Assembly (NCBI GenBank): GCA_963775425.1
Contig: CAVZJB010000016.1
Coordinates: forward strand, 640,001-704,000
Direction of reading: 5' to 3'
Origin: an uncultured delta proteobacterium
GTDB lineage: Bacteria > Myxococcota > UBA727 > VGSZ01
DNA length: 64,000 bases
Position numbers and translations under genes: made by a program. This document shows positions 46,526-56,535 of this stretch, one piece after another. The notes beneath the pieces were generated by a model. It was not told the origin of the DNA. It saw only the letters and a program-made list of their open reading frames with translations, and did not search any database. The stretch's first letter is position 1, and every line of letters starts with the position of its first letter.

Positions 46526-48907
46526 CTACGGCGCGATCTTCCACGTCGACGGCGGGAAGAACACCTCCGTGGACGGCGCGTTCCTCAAAGAGACGCTCGC
46601 CACCCGCGCGTGCAGCGCGCCCGCGAGCGTGGGGACCACCTCGTAACGCGCGTCGAACAGCTCGCCCTGGCCGCGCGCGGGCGCGTTCAGCGTGACGACG
46701 CCGTCGGTGACGTCGAAGTCGTCGATGACGCCGTCTTGCACGAGCGCCTCGAGCGACGAGCGCACCGGGTCCACGCCGGCGGGCAACCCCTGCACGACGT
46801 GGAGCGCGGCGCCGCCGGGCGCCACGGCGCGCAGCTCGACCTTGGCGGCCTTGCCCACCGCGAGCGCCTTGTCGACGTTCACATCGAGCGTGAGCCCCGC
46901 GTCGGGCGGCGGCGCCGGCCACGGCACCGCGTAGTCGACGGCGAGCACGTAGCTCAGGCCCGGCAGCGGCGGGTCTGCCTCGACGACGACGGCGACGCGC
47001 GCGGGCGCGCCGTCCTTGCTCTTCGCCGGCTCCACCGGGCCGTCGAGCGTCATCACCTCGTGGAGCCGCGCGCCGGTGAGCGTGTCGGTGCCGACGCTCT
47101 TCCCGTCGACGGCGAGCGACACCGTGACCTTGGACGGCAGCGGTTGCGCGAACAGGAGCGCCACGGCGTCGAGCGCGGCGCGGTTGGTGCGCCCGTCGCC
47201 GAAGCCGCTCCCCGGGCGATACGCCGACAGGAGCGCCGCGCCGAGGTCGGGCAACAGCGCGCTCGCCTCGGGCGCGGCGTGAAGCGCGAGCACCGCCACC
47301 GCCGTGGCCTCGATCTCCGAGGGCGGCGCGCCGTCGCTGCGCTGGGCGCCGGCGGGCACGGGCAACACCCGGGTGCCGTCCTTGTGCTGCACCAGGGCGT
47401 CCATCACCTGCTTCCGCAGCTTCTTCAGCAGATCGTCGCCGACGACGCCGCTTTGGGCGACGACGGCGGCCGTGTACGGGTCGTGGATCTGACCCGCGTA
47501 GCGCTCGAACGCGCCGCGCGCGCGCAGCGTGGCCGCGGCGGCGCGGCTGTTGTCCTCGTCGTCGGCGCCGTCGGCCGACGCCGCCGCGCGCACCGCGGCG
47601 ATGCCGTCGGCGGTGGCGACGAGCAGCCGCGGCACGGGCCAGCCGTCGCCGCCGCCGAAGGTGCCGTCGGGCCGCTGCGAGCGCGCCACCAGCGCGGCCA
47701 GGTGCTCGCCGCTGCGGCCGATGAGGCCGTCGCCGGGCGACGCGAGCGCGCCCGGCGCCAGCGCGGCCGCCGCGATGGGATCGGGGTTGAGCGCGCGCCG
47801 CGCCAGCCGTTGCGCGGCGATGCGCGACAGGTGCGTGAGGGTCTTTTTGTCGACGGGAGCGCCGAGCCTGGCCGACAGCTCACGCGCGCGGCCCACCAGC
47901 GCCAGCAGGTAGGCATCGTCGTCGAGCCCCGCGCGGTCCGGCGCCGACGCCAGCTCCGCGCGCAACAGCGCGAGCGCGCCGGGGAACACCTGGAGGCTCA
48001 CGCGCGCGCTCGCCGGGAGCGGCGCGCCGCCGGGCAGCTCGATGTCGAAGGCGCGGCGCACCGCGAGCGTGCCACCGGCCTCGACGTGCATGGGCCGGCC
48101 CGGGCTCTTCACGGAGATGGTGCGCCGAACGGAGTCGTCGCCGCCCGCGTCGGCCTGAACGACCACCTCACCGGGCGAGGGCGTATCCAGCCACGCGGTG
48201 GCCGAGGCCGTGGAGGACGCGTCCGCGCGCAGCGACGCCGGCACGCGCGACAGCGTGCCGCCCTCGACCTTGGCGGTGATGACCTCGGTGCGCGCGGCCT
48301 CGGTGGTGTTGGTGATCTGCAGCGGCAGCGCCACGTGATCGCCGGCGACGAGGAAGTGCGGCACGACGAGGTCGATGGACGCGGGGAGCTGGCTCTGCAT
48401 GGTGGTCACCGCCCCCGCTTGCGCGCCCGCGCGGGAGTGGGCGAGGGCGAGCACGCGCCACGTGGTGAGCCGATCGGGCACGAGCACGTCGAGGGTGGCC
48501 TTGCCGGCGGCGTCGGTGATGACGCTGGGCGCGAACAGGAACGTCTCGGGGAACCACGCGCGGGTGGGGGCGGCGTTTTGCGCCGGCCCCGGCTCCGGAG
48601 ACGGCGGCGCCGCCGGCAGGTCCCTCTCGGCGTCGAGGGCGGCCGCCTCCTTCGCGGCGACGCGCCCGCGGTGCCGCGGCGCCGCGGCCTTCTTCTCGAG
48701 GGGCGCCGTCTGCGCGACATCCATGTTCGCCGCGATTCCCGCTCCACCGACCGCTGCCGCTGCGGGCGCCGGCGGCGGAGGCAACGGCACGATGGCGGGC
48801 GCGGCGCTCTTGTCGTTCCGGCCGCACCCGGCGAGCAGCGCCACGGCGACGGCGGCCGCGAGGAGCGCCGCGCGGCGCCGCACGAGGAGGGTGATGGCGG
48901 CGATCAT
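46526..48907 (-). CDS. alpha-2-macroglobulin family, C-terminal half, lipoprotein
   Basis: LAGC lipobox; RAWFPETFLF..PDRLTTWR; QRPDGTF; no CxEQ. Confidence 0.88.
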   Translation of the reverse strand: MIAAITLLVRRRAALLAAAVAVALLAGCGRNDKSAAPAIVPLPPPPAPAAAAVGGAGIAANMDVAQTAPLEKKAAAPRHRGRVAAKEAAALDAERDLPAAPPSPEPGPAQNAAPTRAWFPETFLFAPSVITDAAGKATLDVLVPDRLTTWRVLALAHSRAGAQAGAVTTMQSQLPASIDLVVPHFLVAGDHVALPLQITNTTEAARTEVITAKVEGGTLSRVPASLRADASSTASATAWLDTPSPGEVVVQADAGGDDSVRRTISVKSPGRPMHVEAGGTLAVRRAFDIELPGGAPLPASARVSLQVFPGALALLRAELASAPDRAGLDDDAYLLALVGRARELSARLGAPVDKKTLTHLSRIAAQRLARRALNPDPIAAAALAPGALASPGDGLIGRSGEHLAALVARSQRPDGTFGGGDGWPVPRLLVATADGIAAVRAAASADGADDEDNSRAAAATLRARGAFERYAGQIHDPYTAAVVAQSGVVGDDLLKKLRKQVMDALVQHKDGTRVLPVPAGAQRSDGAPPSEIEATAVAVLALHAAPEASALLPDLGAALLSAYRPGSGFGDGRTNRAALDAVALLFAQPLPSKVTVSLAVDGKSVGTDTLTGARLHEVMTLDGPVEPAKSKDGAPARVAVVVEADPPLPGLSYVLAVDYAVPWPAPPPDAGLTLDVNVDKALAVGKAAKVELRAVAPGGAALHVVQGLPAGVDPVRSSLEALVQDGVIDDFDVTDGVVTLNAPARGQGELFDARYEVVPTLAGALHARVASVSLRNAPSTEVFFPPSTWKIAP

Positions 48908-51900
48908 CGGGAGCTCCTGTGCACGAAGGGGACCCACGCTTCGACGTCCTCGGGCAGCCGCGTGCCATCGGCGACGATCAGCCGCGGGTCGGTGAGCGCG
49001 ATGAGGTTGTCCGGCAAGACCGCGAGCGCGAGGCGGCGGCCGAAGGCGTCGGTGACGGCTCCCTTCTTGGCCGCGTCCGCGACGGCCTTGTCCCAGAGGC
49101 CGAGCATCTTGTCCGGTGTCAGCTTCTCGTCCTTGGGCGCGGTCTTTTCGAAGGTGCGCGTCTGTTTGTAGAGCGCGTCGAGCACTCTGTAGAAGCGATC
49201 GGCCAACGGCAGCAGCGGATCGAACGAGGTGGACCCGCGCGCGCTCACGGTGGCGTCGATGTCCGCCGGCGCCGGCGTGCTCTGCACGAGGAGCACCGTC
49301 GCCGCCGCCGCGTTCTTGCCGCGGATGTGGCCGAGCGACAGCGCCGTGGCGTCGAGCACGCCGAACGCGTCGTGGCGCATCTGCACGGCGGTGGCGAGCC
49401 TGTCCATCGCGTCCACGCCCGGCAGCGGCGCGAGCTGCCCGAGCGTCGCGTCGACGCCGAACAGGCCCACGGCCGCCTTGACGCCGCCCTTCTGATCGCG
49501 CGTGCTGATGTCGAGCTCGGCTTTTTCGCCGGGACGGAGCACGCGCTTTTGCGGCGTCACGTCGACGAGGAGCGTCTCCTGCCGCGGGACGAACACGCGG
49601 GCGACGCCGGCGTCGAAGCGCGCCTCGTACCATCCGTCCTTGTCCTTCGGCAGCGTGAACCTGGCCGAGCGCGTCTTGTCGTCGACAGGCTCCTCGAGGC
49701 GCGCCCCCGGGCTCTCGAGCACGAGCTTCTTCGGCAGCGTGCCCGAGAAGCCGGGCCCGCGAATGATCTGGACGGTGACGACGTCGCCGGGCGCGGCGAT
49801 CACCTCGCTCGCGCGCAGCCGGATGCGCGGCACGGCGCCCGGCCGGAGCCGGACCACGGTGTCGCCGACGAGCTCGTCGCCGGCGCGCGCCGTCACCTTC
49901 AGCTCGTACCCGAGCATGGTCGTGGCGACGGCGCGCGCGGGCCCGCCGGGGAGCGCGACGGGCTCGACGAAGAAGCGCAGCGCGCCGAAGCGGGGCGCGC
50001 CGGAGCCGGCGTCGTCACCGGTGTCCTCGTCGGCGCCGGCGCCGGCGCCGAGGGTGCGGGGCCGCGCGAACGTCGCGAGCTTCTGCTCCACGCAGAAGGC
50101 CCTTTTGTCGTCGAGCGGCTGCTGCACGTCGCCGGCGTCCTTCTCGAAGTCGGCGAAGAAGCGGCGCCCGTCGAGCTGCCACACGAGCAGGCGCGGGAGC
50201 CGCGCCGCCGTGGTCATGCGCCCGAGGCACGAGCGCGCGTCGAGCACGGCGCTGTCGAGCTCCGCCCGCAGGCCGTCGGGCAGCGTGTCGTCGCCCGCCT
50301 GCTCCGGCCGCAGCCCCGCCAGCGACGGCGTGAACGCGTAGGTGAGCCGGAAGATGCGCGCGCCGCCCGGGGGCACGCTCCGGCCGCGCAGCGCCTGCTC
50401 CACGCACGGCCCGGCCGTGCCGCTCGCCCGCACGCGCGACACCGCGCCCGACGGCAGCACCCGCGCCTGCACCGAGGTGCTCGCGCCCGCGCTCTGGGCG
50501 AAGCGCGCGCACGACGCCACGAGCGGGTTCCAACGATCGACGGCCGCGATCTCGGCGAGCGTCGCGTCCCCGCGCACGCTCTCGGTGAGCGACGTGCGCT
50601 GCACCACCGGCGGCGGCGGCGGCAGCCGCACGGGCATCGGGGGGATGAGGACGTTGACCGCAGGCCCCGGGTCGAGCTGGATGGCGGCGACGCCGTCCTC
50701 GTCGGTGTCGACGGTGGTGCCCTTGTCCGCAGGATCCCAGGCGCGCTTCACCACCAGGCTGACCTTGTCGAGGGGCGCGCCGGCGACCGTGGTGGCCCGC
50801 AGGTAGGCGCGGTTGTTCACGCCCGCGACGAGCTCGCCGTTGTCGCCGAGCTCGCTCACGACGTCGACGTCGATGGCGTCGTGGGAGAGCAGGAGGGTGC
50901 CCTGCCCCACCTGGCGATCGCCCGTGTCGTCCCGCGCGGTGACCGTGGCCGTGACGCGCACCTTCTTGAGGAGATCGGCGGGCACCGCCGGCAAGGCGAG
51001 CTCCGCGTTTCCGCCGGCGTCGGTCTTCGCCTCCTTGGGGAACGCGGCCACCCACTCCGGCGGCGGCGGCCACGCACCGGTGAGGCGCCATTGGATCTCG
51101 AGGGACGCGCGCGTGGGGACGCCGGAGGCGTAGGCGACGTGTACGCGCAGGCGCGGCTGCGCCTTGGGCGCGTAAAACGGCTTGGCCGGCGCGACGTCGA
51201 CGGTGAAGCGCGGCAGCTCGAACGGCTTCACGCTGACGACGACGTCATCGGACGCCCCGCCGCTCTCGTAGCGCACGTGCCACTCGCCCTCGGGGGAGCT
51301 CTTGTCGAGCGGCAGCTCGCCGGCGGCGACGCCGAATTCGCCCGCGTCGCTCTTTTCGTCGAGGACGGTGGTGCCGCTCGGGTCCTTCACCACGAAGCGC
51401 CCCGGCCGCCCGTCGAGGGGGACGAGGTCACGCGCGCGCAGGACCACCGCGCGGAACTGGATGGTGTGGCCCGGCTCGTACAGGGGGCGGTCCGTCATCA
51501 CGTGAATGCGGGCGGGCGCGTAGACGGGCAGCGCGAGCTGCGCCGACGCCGAGCCGGCCGCGGTGCTGGCCAGGACCTCGAGCTCGTAGTCGCCGTCCCC
51601 CAAATCAGCGGGCAGCGTGACGGCGCCGGTGAGCGCGTGGGGGATCTCGGGGGCCCCTTCGCGGTCGAGGCGCAGCGGAATCGGGGCGTTGCCGGCGGCC
51701 TTGCCGAGGTCCTTGCGGTGGAGGTCGCCGACCAGGCGGAGCTGGACGGACTTGACGTCGACGGGCGCGGACAACACCGACGCGCTGTCGCCGACGACGT
51801 ACATCATGCGCGCGTGCACCACGACCCTGCCGGGGTGTCCGCGCCGCAGGCTCTCGACGGCGACGTCGATGACGGGCTGCACCTCGCCGGCGGGGCACTG

Positions 51901-52023
51901 CTCGACGTGCACGCCCCAACGAAACCACGCGCCAAAGCACGTGTGCGACGATGCCGCCACAAAGGCGGCGACGGCGAGGACCGCGCCTGCGGCCCCCACG
52001 AGCACGAGGCGTCGTGTGGTCAT
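48904..52023 (-). CDS. alpha-2-macroglobulin family, N-terminal half (MG domains)
   Basis: TDRPLYEPGHTIQFR, DPSG, GEWHV, FELPRFTV, RPGEKAEL..GVDATL; N-terminal hydrophobic segment. Confidence 0.88.
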   Translation of the reverse strand: MTTRRLVLVGAAGAVLAVAAFVAASSHTCFGAWFRWGVHVEQCPAGEVQPVIDVAVESLRRGHPGRVVVHARMMYVVGDSASVLSAPVDVKSVQLRLVGDLHRKDLGKAAGNAPIPLRLDREGAPEIPHALTGAVTLPADLGDGDYELEVLASTAAGSASAQLALPVYAPARIHVMTDRPLYEPGHTIQFRAVVLRARDLVPLDGRPGRFVVKDPSGTTVLDEKSDAGEFGVAAGELPLDKSSPEGEWHVRYESGGASDDVVVSVKPFELPRFTVDVAPAKPFYAPKAQPRLRVHVAYASGVPTRASLEIQWRLTGAWPPPPEWVAAFPKEAKTDAGGNAELALPAVPADLLKKVRVTATVTARDDTGDRQVGQGTLLLSHDAIDVDVVSELGDNGELVAGVNNRAYLRATTVAGAPLDKVSLVVKRAWDPADKGTTVDTDEDGVAAIQLDPGPAVNVLIPPMPVRLPPPPPVVQRTSLTESVRGDATLAEIAAVDRWNPLVASCARFAQSAGASTSVQARVLPSGAVSRVRASGTAGPCVEQALRGRSVPPGGARIFRLTYAFTPSLAGLRPEQAGDDTLPDGLRAELDSAVLDARSCLGRMTTAARLPRLLVWQLDGRRFFADFEKDAGDVQQPLDDKRAFCVEQKLATFARPRTLGAGAGADEDTGDDAGSGAPRFGALRFFVEPVALPGGPARAVATTMLGYELKVTARAGDELVGDTVVRLRPGAVPRIRLRASEVIAAPGDVVTVQIIRGPGFSGTLPKKLVLESPGARLEEPVDDKTRSARFTLPKDKDGWYEARFDAGVARVFVPRQETLLVDVTPQKRVLRPGEKAELDISTRDQKGGVKAAVGLFGVDATLGQLAPLPGVDAMDRLATAVQMRHDAFGVLDATALSLGHIRGKNAAAATVLLVQSTPAPADIDATVSARGSTSFDPLLPLADRFYRVLDALYKQTRTFEKTAPKDEKLTPDKMLGLWDKAVADAAKKGAVTDAFGRRLALAVLPDNLIALTDPRLIVADGTRLPEDVEAWVPFVHRSSR

Positions 52024-52080
52024 GGCCCGGGTATAGACGTTTCCGGGCTCGATTGGATTTGTCGCGCCCGCTCGCGCGCC

Positions 52081-53037
52081 TTACGCGTGCGGCTGCTGCG
52101 CCGTCCGCGGGGTCGATGCGCGCGCCTCGACGACGGCGCCGCCGGCGCTCTTTACGCGCACCGGGCCGTCATCGGCGAGCTTCACCACCGCAAGCGCGCG
52201 CCCGTCCGCCGCCGACGTCACCGCGCCGAGGACGGCGTCTCCGTCGCCGAGGACGGCGTCGCCCGCCGCGAGGCGCGCGCCCTCGATGACGACGAGGCGC
52301 TTGCGCTGCTTGCCGTAGGTGTCCAGGCGCGCGATGACCTCCTGGCCGATGTAGCAGCCCTTGGCCCAGTGCACGGCGTCGTGCATGCCGAGGTCGAGCG
52401 GGGTGAACGCGTCGGTGATCTCGGCGGAGCCGGGGACGCCGGCGGCGATGCGCGCGATCTCGGCGTCCTCTGCGCCGGTGTCGGCGGCGAGCGACCCCAA
52501 GTCGGCCGGCGCGGAGCCTCCGAGCTGCACGACCACGAAGCCGGGCACACGCTCGCCGGCGCCGGTGACGCGATCGAAGCCGCGAGCGACGAGCGTGCAG
52601 TCGCGCTCCACGAAGCCCCACGGCGGCAGCGCGCCCGCTTGGGGGGCGATGGCGTCGACGACGGCGGGGGCGCCGGCGCCGCAGACGTCGAAGGCGGCGC
52701 CGGCGGCGCTGTGGTCGTCGAGCTCGACCTTCTCGGTGAACAGGTAGCGGTCGAGCCAGGCGGTGATCGCGGGGCCGCGCCCCGGGCTGCCGACGAGGAG
52801 GACGCCGGCGTCGCCGCGATCGAGGTGGAGCACGAGGTCCACGAGGCGCCCTTTGTCGGTGAGCAAAGCATTCAGCCGGCCGTCGCCTGCCTGGAGGTCC
52901 TTCACGTGTTGCGTGGACATGCGGTGGAGGAACACCCGCGCGTCGGCCCCGCGCAAAAGGACGCGCGCGCGCGCGCGGGCGTCGACGACGACGACGCCGG
53001 AGGCGAGACGGTCCATGACCGGAGGGAGCTGCGTCAT
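52081..53037 (-). CDS. ygfZ: folate-binding YgfZ/GcvT-like protein
   Basis: GADARVFLHRMST, KGCYIGQEVIAR signature. Confidence 0.9.
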   Translation of the reverse strand: MTQLPPVMDRLASGVVVVDARARARVLLRGADARVFLHRMSTQHVKDLQAGDGRLNALLTDKGRLVDLVLHLDRGDAGVLLVGSPGRGPAITAWLDRYLFTEKVELDDHSAAGAAFDVCGAGAPAVVDAIAPQAGALPPWGFVERDCTLVARGFDRVTGAGERVPGFVVVQLGGSAPADLGSLAADTGAEDAEIARIAAGVPGSAEITDAFTPLDLGMHDAVHWAKGCYIGQEVIARLDTYGKQRKRLVVIEGARLAAGDAVLGDGDAVLGAVTSAADGRALAVVKLADDGPVRVKSAGGAVVEARASTPRTAQQPHA

Positions 53038-53135
53038 GGCGGGGTTGTACCATCGAAGCCGAACACGGCGACCGGGCGCGTGCAGCGCGCCCTGTCGCTG
53101 CGCTACCGTCGACACGTGACGTCTGCGGAGCGAGC

Positions 53136-54347
53136 GTGACCGAGAGCTGTCCTCGATGCATGCCGGGCCGTGTCGAGGTGCGCGGCAAGGGGATCGCTTC
53201 GTGCGCGCAGTGCGGCGGCGGGTTCATTCCGCTCGCCCAGGCGTTCGCCGCCCTCAAGAAGGCGGGCGTCGAAGGCGCCCAGCTCCAGGAGATCCTCGCC
53301 CGCGACGGGCGCAAGATCCGGCCCTGCGTCACCTGCGGCCAGCCATTCACGACCTTCCCCTTGCGCGGCGAGCTGGTGCACGCGTGCGTGACCTGCGGCG
53401 CGTTCTGGCTGGACAAGGGCGCCGTCGACCGCCTCACCGGCGTGTCCACCGACCCGCCGCCGCCGCGGCCTTCGGCCCCGCAGCCCTCGCCCGCGCCGCA
53501 GCCCTCGCCCCCGCCCCCGCCCGGAGGGGATGGCAGGCCCGCCACCACGCCGGCCGTCCTCGTCGAGGACATCGCGCCGCTGCCGTCGGCGCCGCCGCCG
53601 AGCGCGGGGCTCATCGACCCGCTTCAGGCCCCGCGCCCGCAGCGGCAACCCGAGCCGCGCCTCTCGCTCGATCCCTCGCTCGACCCCGATCTGCAGCTTC
53701 CGCCGAAGGCGAAGGCGCGGGAGATCTCCAAGCCGCACGCGGGCGCGCCCAAGCGCGGCAGCTCTCGCGACGCGATGCTCCTCGCCGGACAGACCGGGAT
53801 GTCCGTGGGCGCCAAGCTCGGCATCCTCCTCGTGCTCGTCGTCGCTGCGGCGGCGTTCCTCACCGTGCGCGCCGTGCGCCAGCCCCCCGTCACCGACGTC
53901 GGCGGCGGCCGCACCGCGATGTTCTGGGACGCGCCGGTGGAGCGGCTCTCGCTCGAGCTCCCCTTTGCCAAAGCCGTTCGCTCCACGTCGGCGAAGAGCG
54001 AGGGCGTGCTCGAAGCGGTGTACGTGCCGCAGCTCCCCGCCGGCAAGGGCATCGACGTCGTCATCAGCGACATCTACGGCGCCGGCGCCCACGTCACCCA
54101 GGCGGGCGTGCGCATCGGCGACGTGCGCGTCATCAAGGGCGCCGGCCCGGTGTTGCTGCCCGATGAGCGGGGCGCCGATGAGCGGGGCGCCGATGAGCGG
54201 GGCTCCGATGACGCGCGGCCGGCACCCAGGGCGGCGCGGATTCGCGCATACCTCGGCGCCAAAGAGGCCTGGATCCTCGTCGCCGCCGGCGACGTGTCGA
54301 GCGCGGCCGCCGGAGAGCACTTCCTCGCGTCGCTGCAGAAGCCCTGA
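53136..54347 (+). CDS. double zinc-ribbon (zf-TFIIB-like) membrane protein
   Basis: CPRC/CAQCGG and CVTC/CVTCGAFWLDKG, Pro-rich linker, TM helix. Confidence 0.8.
   Translation: MTESCPRCMPGRVEVRGKGIASCAQCGGGFIPLAQAFAALKKAGVEGAQLQEILARDGRKIRPCVTCGQPFTTFPLRGELVHACVTCGAFWLDKGAVDRLTGVSTDPPPPRPSAPQPSPAPQPSPPPPPGGDGRPATTPAVLVEDIAPLPSAPPPSAGLIDPLQAPRPQRQPEPRLSLDPSLDPDLQLPPKAKAREISKPHAGAPKRGSSRDAMLLAGQTGMSVGAKLGILLVLVVAAAAFLTVRAVRQPPVTDVGGGRTAMFWDAPVERLSLELPFAKAVRSTSAKSEGVLEAVYVPQLPAGKGIDVVISDIYGAGAHVTQAGVRIGDVRVIKGAGPVLLPDERGADERGADERGSDDARPAPRAARIRAYLGAKEAWILVAAGDVSSAAAGEHFLASLQKP
54160..54211 (+). repeat. 15-bp in-frame tandem repeat (DERGA, about 3.5 copies)
   Basis: CCGATGAGCGGGGCG units. Confidence 0.9.
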
Positions 54348-54353
54348 CGAGCG

Positions 54354-55193
54354 CTACTTCTTGAAGGTGACCACGACCTCGCGGCCTTCGAGCTTGGAGG
54401 TGTACGGCGCCGCCTCCTTCATCTCGATGGTGATGCGGATGGTGGGCGTGGCGTCGTCGATCTCCGACGGCGTGATCATCTTGACCGGGCTGTCGAAGAA
54501 CGTGGTGTCGAGGTGGTTCTTGTTGTTGCGCAGCGGGATGGTGGCGTTTTGAATCTCGAGCACGACGAGGTTGTCGCCCTCTTTGCGCACCGTGAACTTG
54601 GCCCCGGCGTTCATGCGCGCATAGATGCGCGACTCCGTGGCCGTGTTCTTGAACCCGATGTACGTCATGTGCCGCGGCCCGTCGCCCGCCTGCGCGAGCT
54701 CGACGTCGCTGGTGGCGCGGCCGACGCTGCCCTCGATGACGGAGGCGGGCGCGTCGGTGGCGACGCCGCGCTGCGTGTTCATCGCGAGCTGCACGCCCGC
54801 CGCGTCTTTGAAGTCCTTCTTGGCGCTGAGGTAGAGGCTCAGCGTGATCTCGTTTCCGTGGGCGGAGACGTCGTAGTCGACGGCGTTTCGGAGGTTCACC
54901 GACAGGCGCGACATCTGCGAGGAGCGCGTGTCGTGACGGGTGACCTCGATGCCCTCGATGGCGCCGCCTTTGTGGTCGAAGCGCACGGGGCCCGGCTCCG
55001 CCGCGGTGTCGAGGAGGTCGACGACGAGGACCGGCGGCGCGGACCGCGCCCACGACTGGAACGTCAAGGGCTCGCTCGCCTTCACCACCACGTCCACCCG
55101 CTCCGCCGACGGCCGCACGTCGATGCCTTTGAGCGTCGCCCCCGCGAAAGCGGGGGTGGCAGCGAGGAACACGACCAGCGACGCGCGCAACAT
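54354..55193 (-). CDS. AMIN-domain protein (two domains)
   Basis: Signal peptide; PPVLVVDLLD; LVVLEIQNATI..HLDTTFFDSPV. Confidence 0.85.
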   Translation of the reverse strand: MLRASLVVFLAATPAFAGATLKGIDVRPSAERVDVVVKASEPLTFQSWARSAPPVLVVDLLDTAAEPGPVRFDHKGGAIEGIEVTRHDTRSSQMSRLSVNLRNAVDYDVSAHGNEITLSLYLSAKKDFKDAAGVQLAMNTQRGVATDAPASVIEGSVGRATSDVELAQAGDGPRHMTYIGFKNTATESRIYARMNAGAKFTVRKEGDNLVVLEIQNATIPLRNNKNHLDTTFFDSPVKMITPSEIDDATPTIRITIEMKEAAPYTSKLEGREVVVTFKK

Positions 55194-55262
55194 GAGGACC
55201 CTCCGGGACCCGTGCACGCTAGCAGAGGACGGCGCAGGCCGAAAAAAAGCGGCCGCGCGCGG

Positions 55263-56522
55263 CTAAAAGAGGGGGAAGGCGGGATCCATCGGCACCCCGA
55301 GGATCCGGTGTCGCACCTGGCCGACCACGTACAGCGAGCCGCACACGAGCGTGTCACGCCCCCCGGTGCGCGCGAGCGCCTCTTCGAGCGTGGCGGGCTC
55401 GGCGACGCCGAGGCCGCGGGAGAGCGCGCGGGCGAGCTCGCCGGGCGACATCGAGCGCGGGCTGCCCGCGGGCACGGCGAAGGTGCGCGCGGGCGCGAGT
55501 GGGGCGAGCGCGCGGCCGAAGGCCGCGGGGTCCTTGCCCATCGTCATCGCGACAATCAGGCAGAGCGGCCCCGCGCGGCGCGCGTCGGCGGCGGCGACGG
55601 CGGCGAGCGCCTGCGCGCCGGTCTCGTTGTGGGCGCCGTCGACGACGAGGAGCGGCCCGGTCGACAGCGTCTCGTAGCGCCCGGGCCACACGGTGGAGGC
55701 CACGGCGCGGCGGGCGACGGCGTCGTCGACGCGGAGGCCGGCGGCGTGGACGGCGGCGACGGCGACGGAGGCGTTTTGCTGCTGGTGCGCGCCGGCGAGC
55801 GACGGGGTGAGCGTGTCGTCCACCTCGACGAAGCGCAGCGGCGCCGACACCTCGCGCGCGCGCTCGCGCAGCTCATACGCGGCCTCGGGCTCCTGTGGCG
55901 ACGACACCGCGTTCACCCCGGGCTTGAGGATGCCCGCCTTCTCGCGCGCGATGCCGGCGAGCGTCGGCCCGAGGTGCTCGACGTGGTCGATGCCGATGCG
56001 GGTGAGCGCGCAGGCGGCGGGCGCGCAGACGTTGGTGGCGTCGAGCCTGCCGCCGAGCCCGACCTCGACCACCGCGACGTCGACGCCGACGTCGCGAAAG
56101 TGCAGGAACGCCATGGCGATCATCTGCTCGAAGAAGCTGACCTCGAGGGCACCGCCGGCGCCGCCCGTCGCGCGCGCCACGGGGGCGTCGGCGCCCGCGC
56201 GCACGCGGGCCTCGAGCGCGGCGAAGGTCGCCTCGTCGATCATCGTGCCGTCGACGGCGATGCGCTCGCGCGCCGTGCACAGGTGCGGGCTCGTGGTGAG
56301 CCCCGTGCGCAGGCCGTGGGCGCGCACGATGGCCTCGATGAAGGCGCAGGTGCTGCCCTTCCCCTTGGTGCCGGCGACGTGAATCACGCGGAGCGCACGC
56401 TCGGGGTTGTCGAGGCGCGCGAGCAACGCGCGCATGCGCTCGAGCCCGAGCTTGGGGCGCGTCGGCGACGACAGCAGACGAGCGAGGGCCCTCTCGTAGG
56501 CCGTGCGGGCGTCCGGGCTCAT
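55263..56522 (-). CDS. folC: folylpolyglutamate synthase / dihydrofolate synthase
   Basis: HVAGTKGKGST, TSPHL, EVGLGGRLDATN, WPGR, DGAHN, CGSLY. Confidence 0.96.
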   Translation of the reverse strand: MSPDARTAYERALARLLSSPTRPKLGLERMRALLARLDNPERALRVIHVAGTKGKGSTCAFIEAIVRAHGLRTGLTTSPHLCTARERIAVDGTMIDEATFAALEARVRAGADAPVARATGGAGGALEVSFFEQMIAMAFLHFRDVGVDVAVVEVGLGGRLDATNVCAPAACALTRIGIDHVEHLGPTLAGIAREKAGILKPGVNAVSSPQEPEAAYELRERAREVSAPLRFVEVDDTLTPSLAGAHQQQNASVAVAAVHAAGLRVDDAVARRAVASTVWPGRYETLSTGPLLVVDGAHNETGAQALAAVAAADARRAGPLCLIVAMTMGKDPAAFGRALAPLAPARTFAVPAGSPRSMSPGELARALSRGLGVAEPATLEEALARTGGRDTLVCGSLYVVGQVRHRILGVPMDPAFPLF

Positions 56523-56535
56523 ATCGGGGCGCGCG

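Noticed and set aside
54160-54211. DERGA repeat as a phase-variation switch
   Set aside because: The 15-bp unit is in frame, so copy changes would only alter a loop
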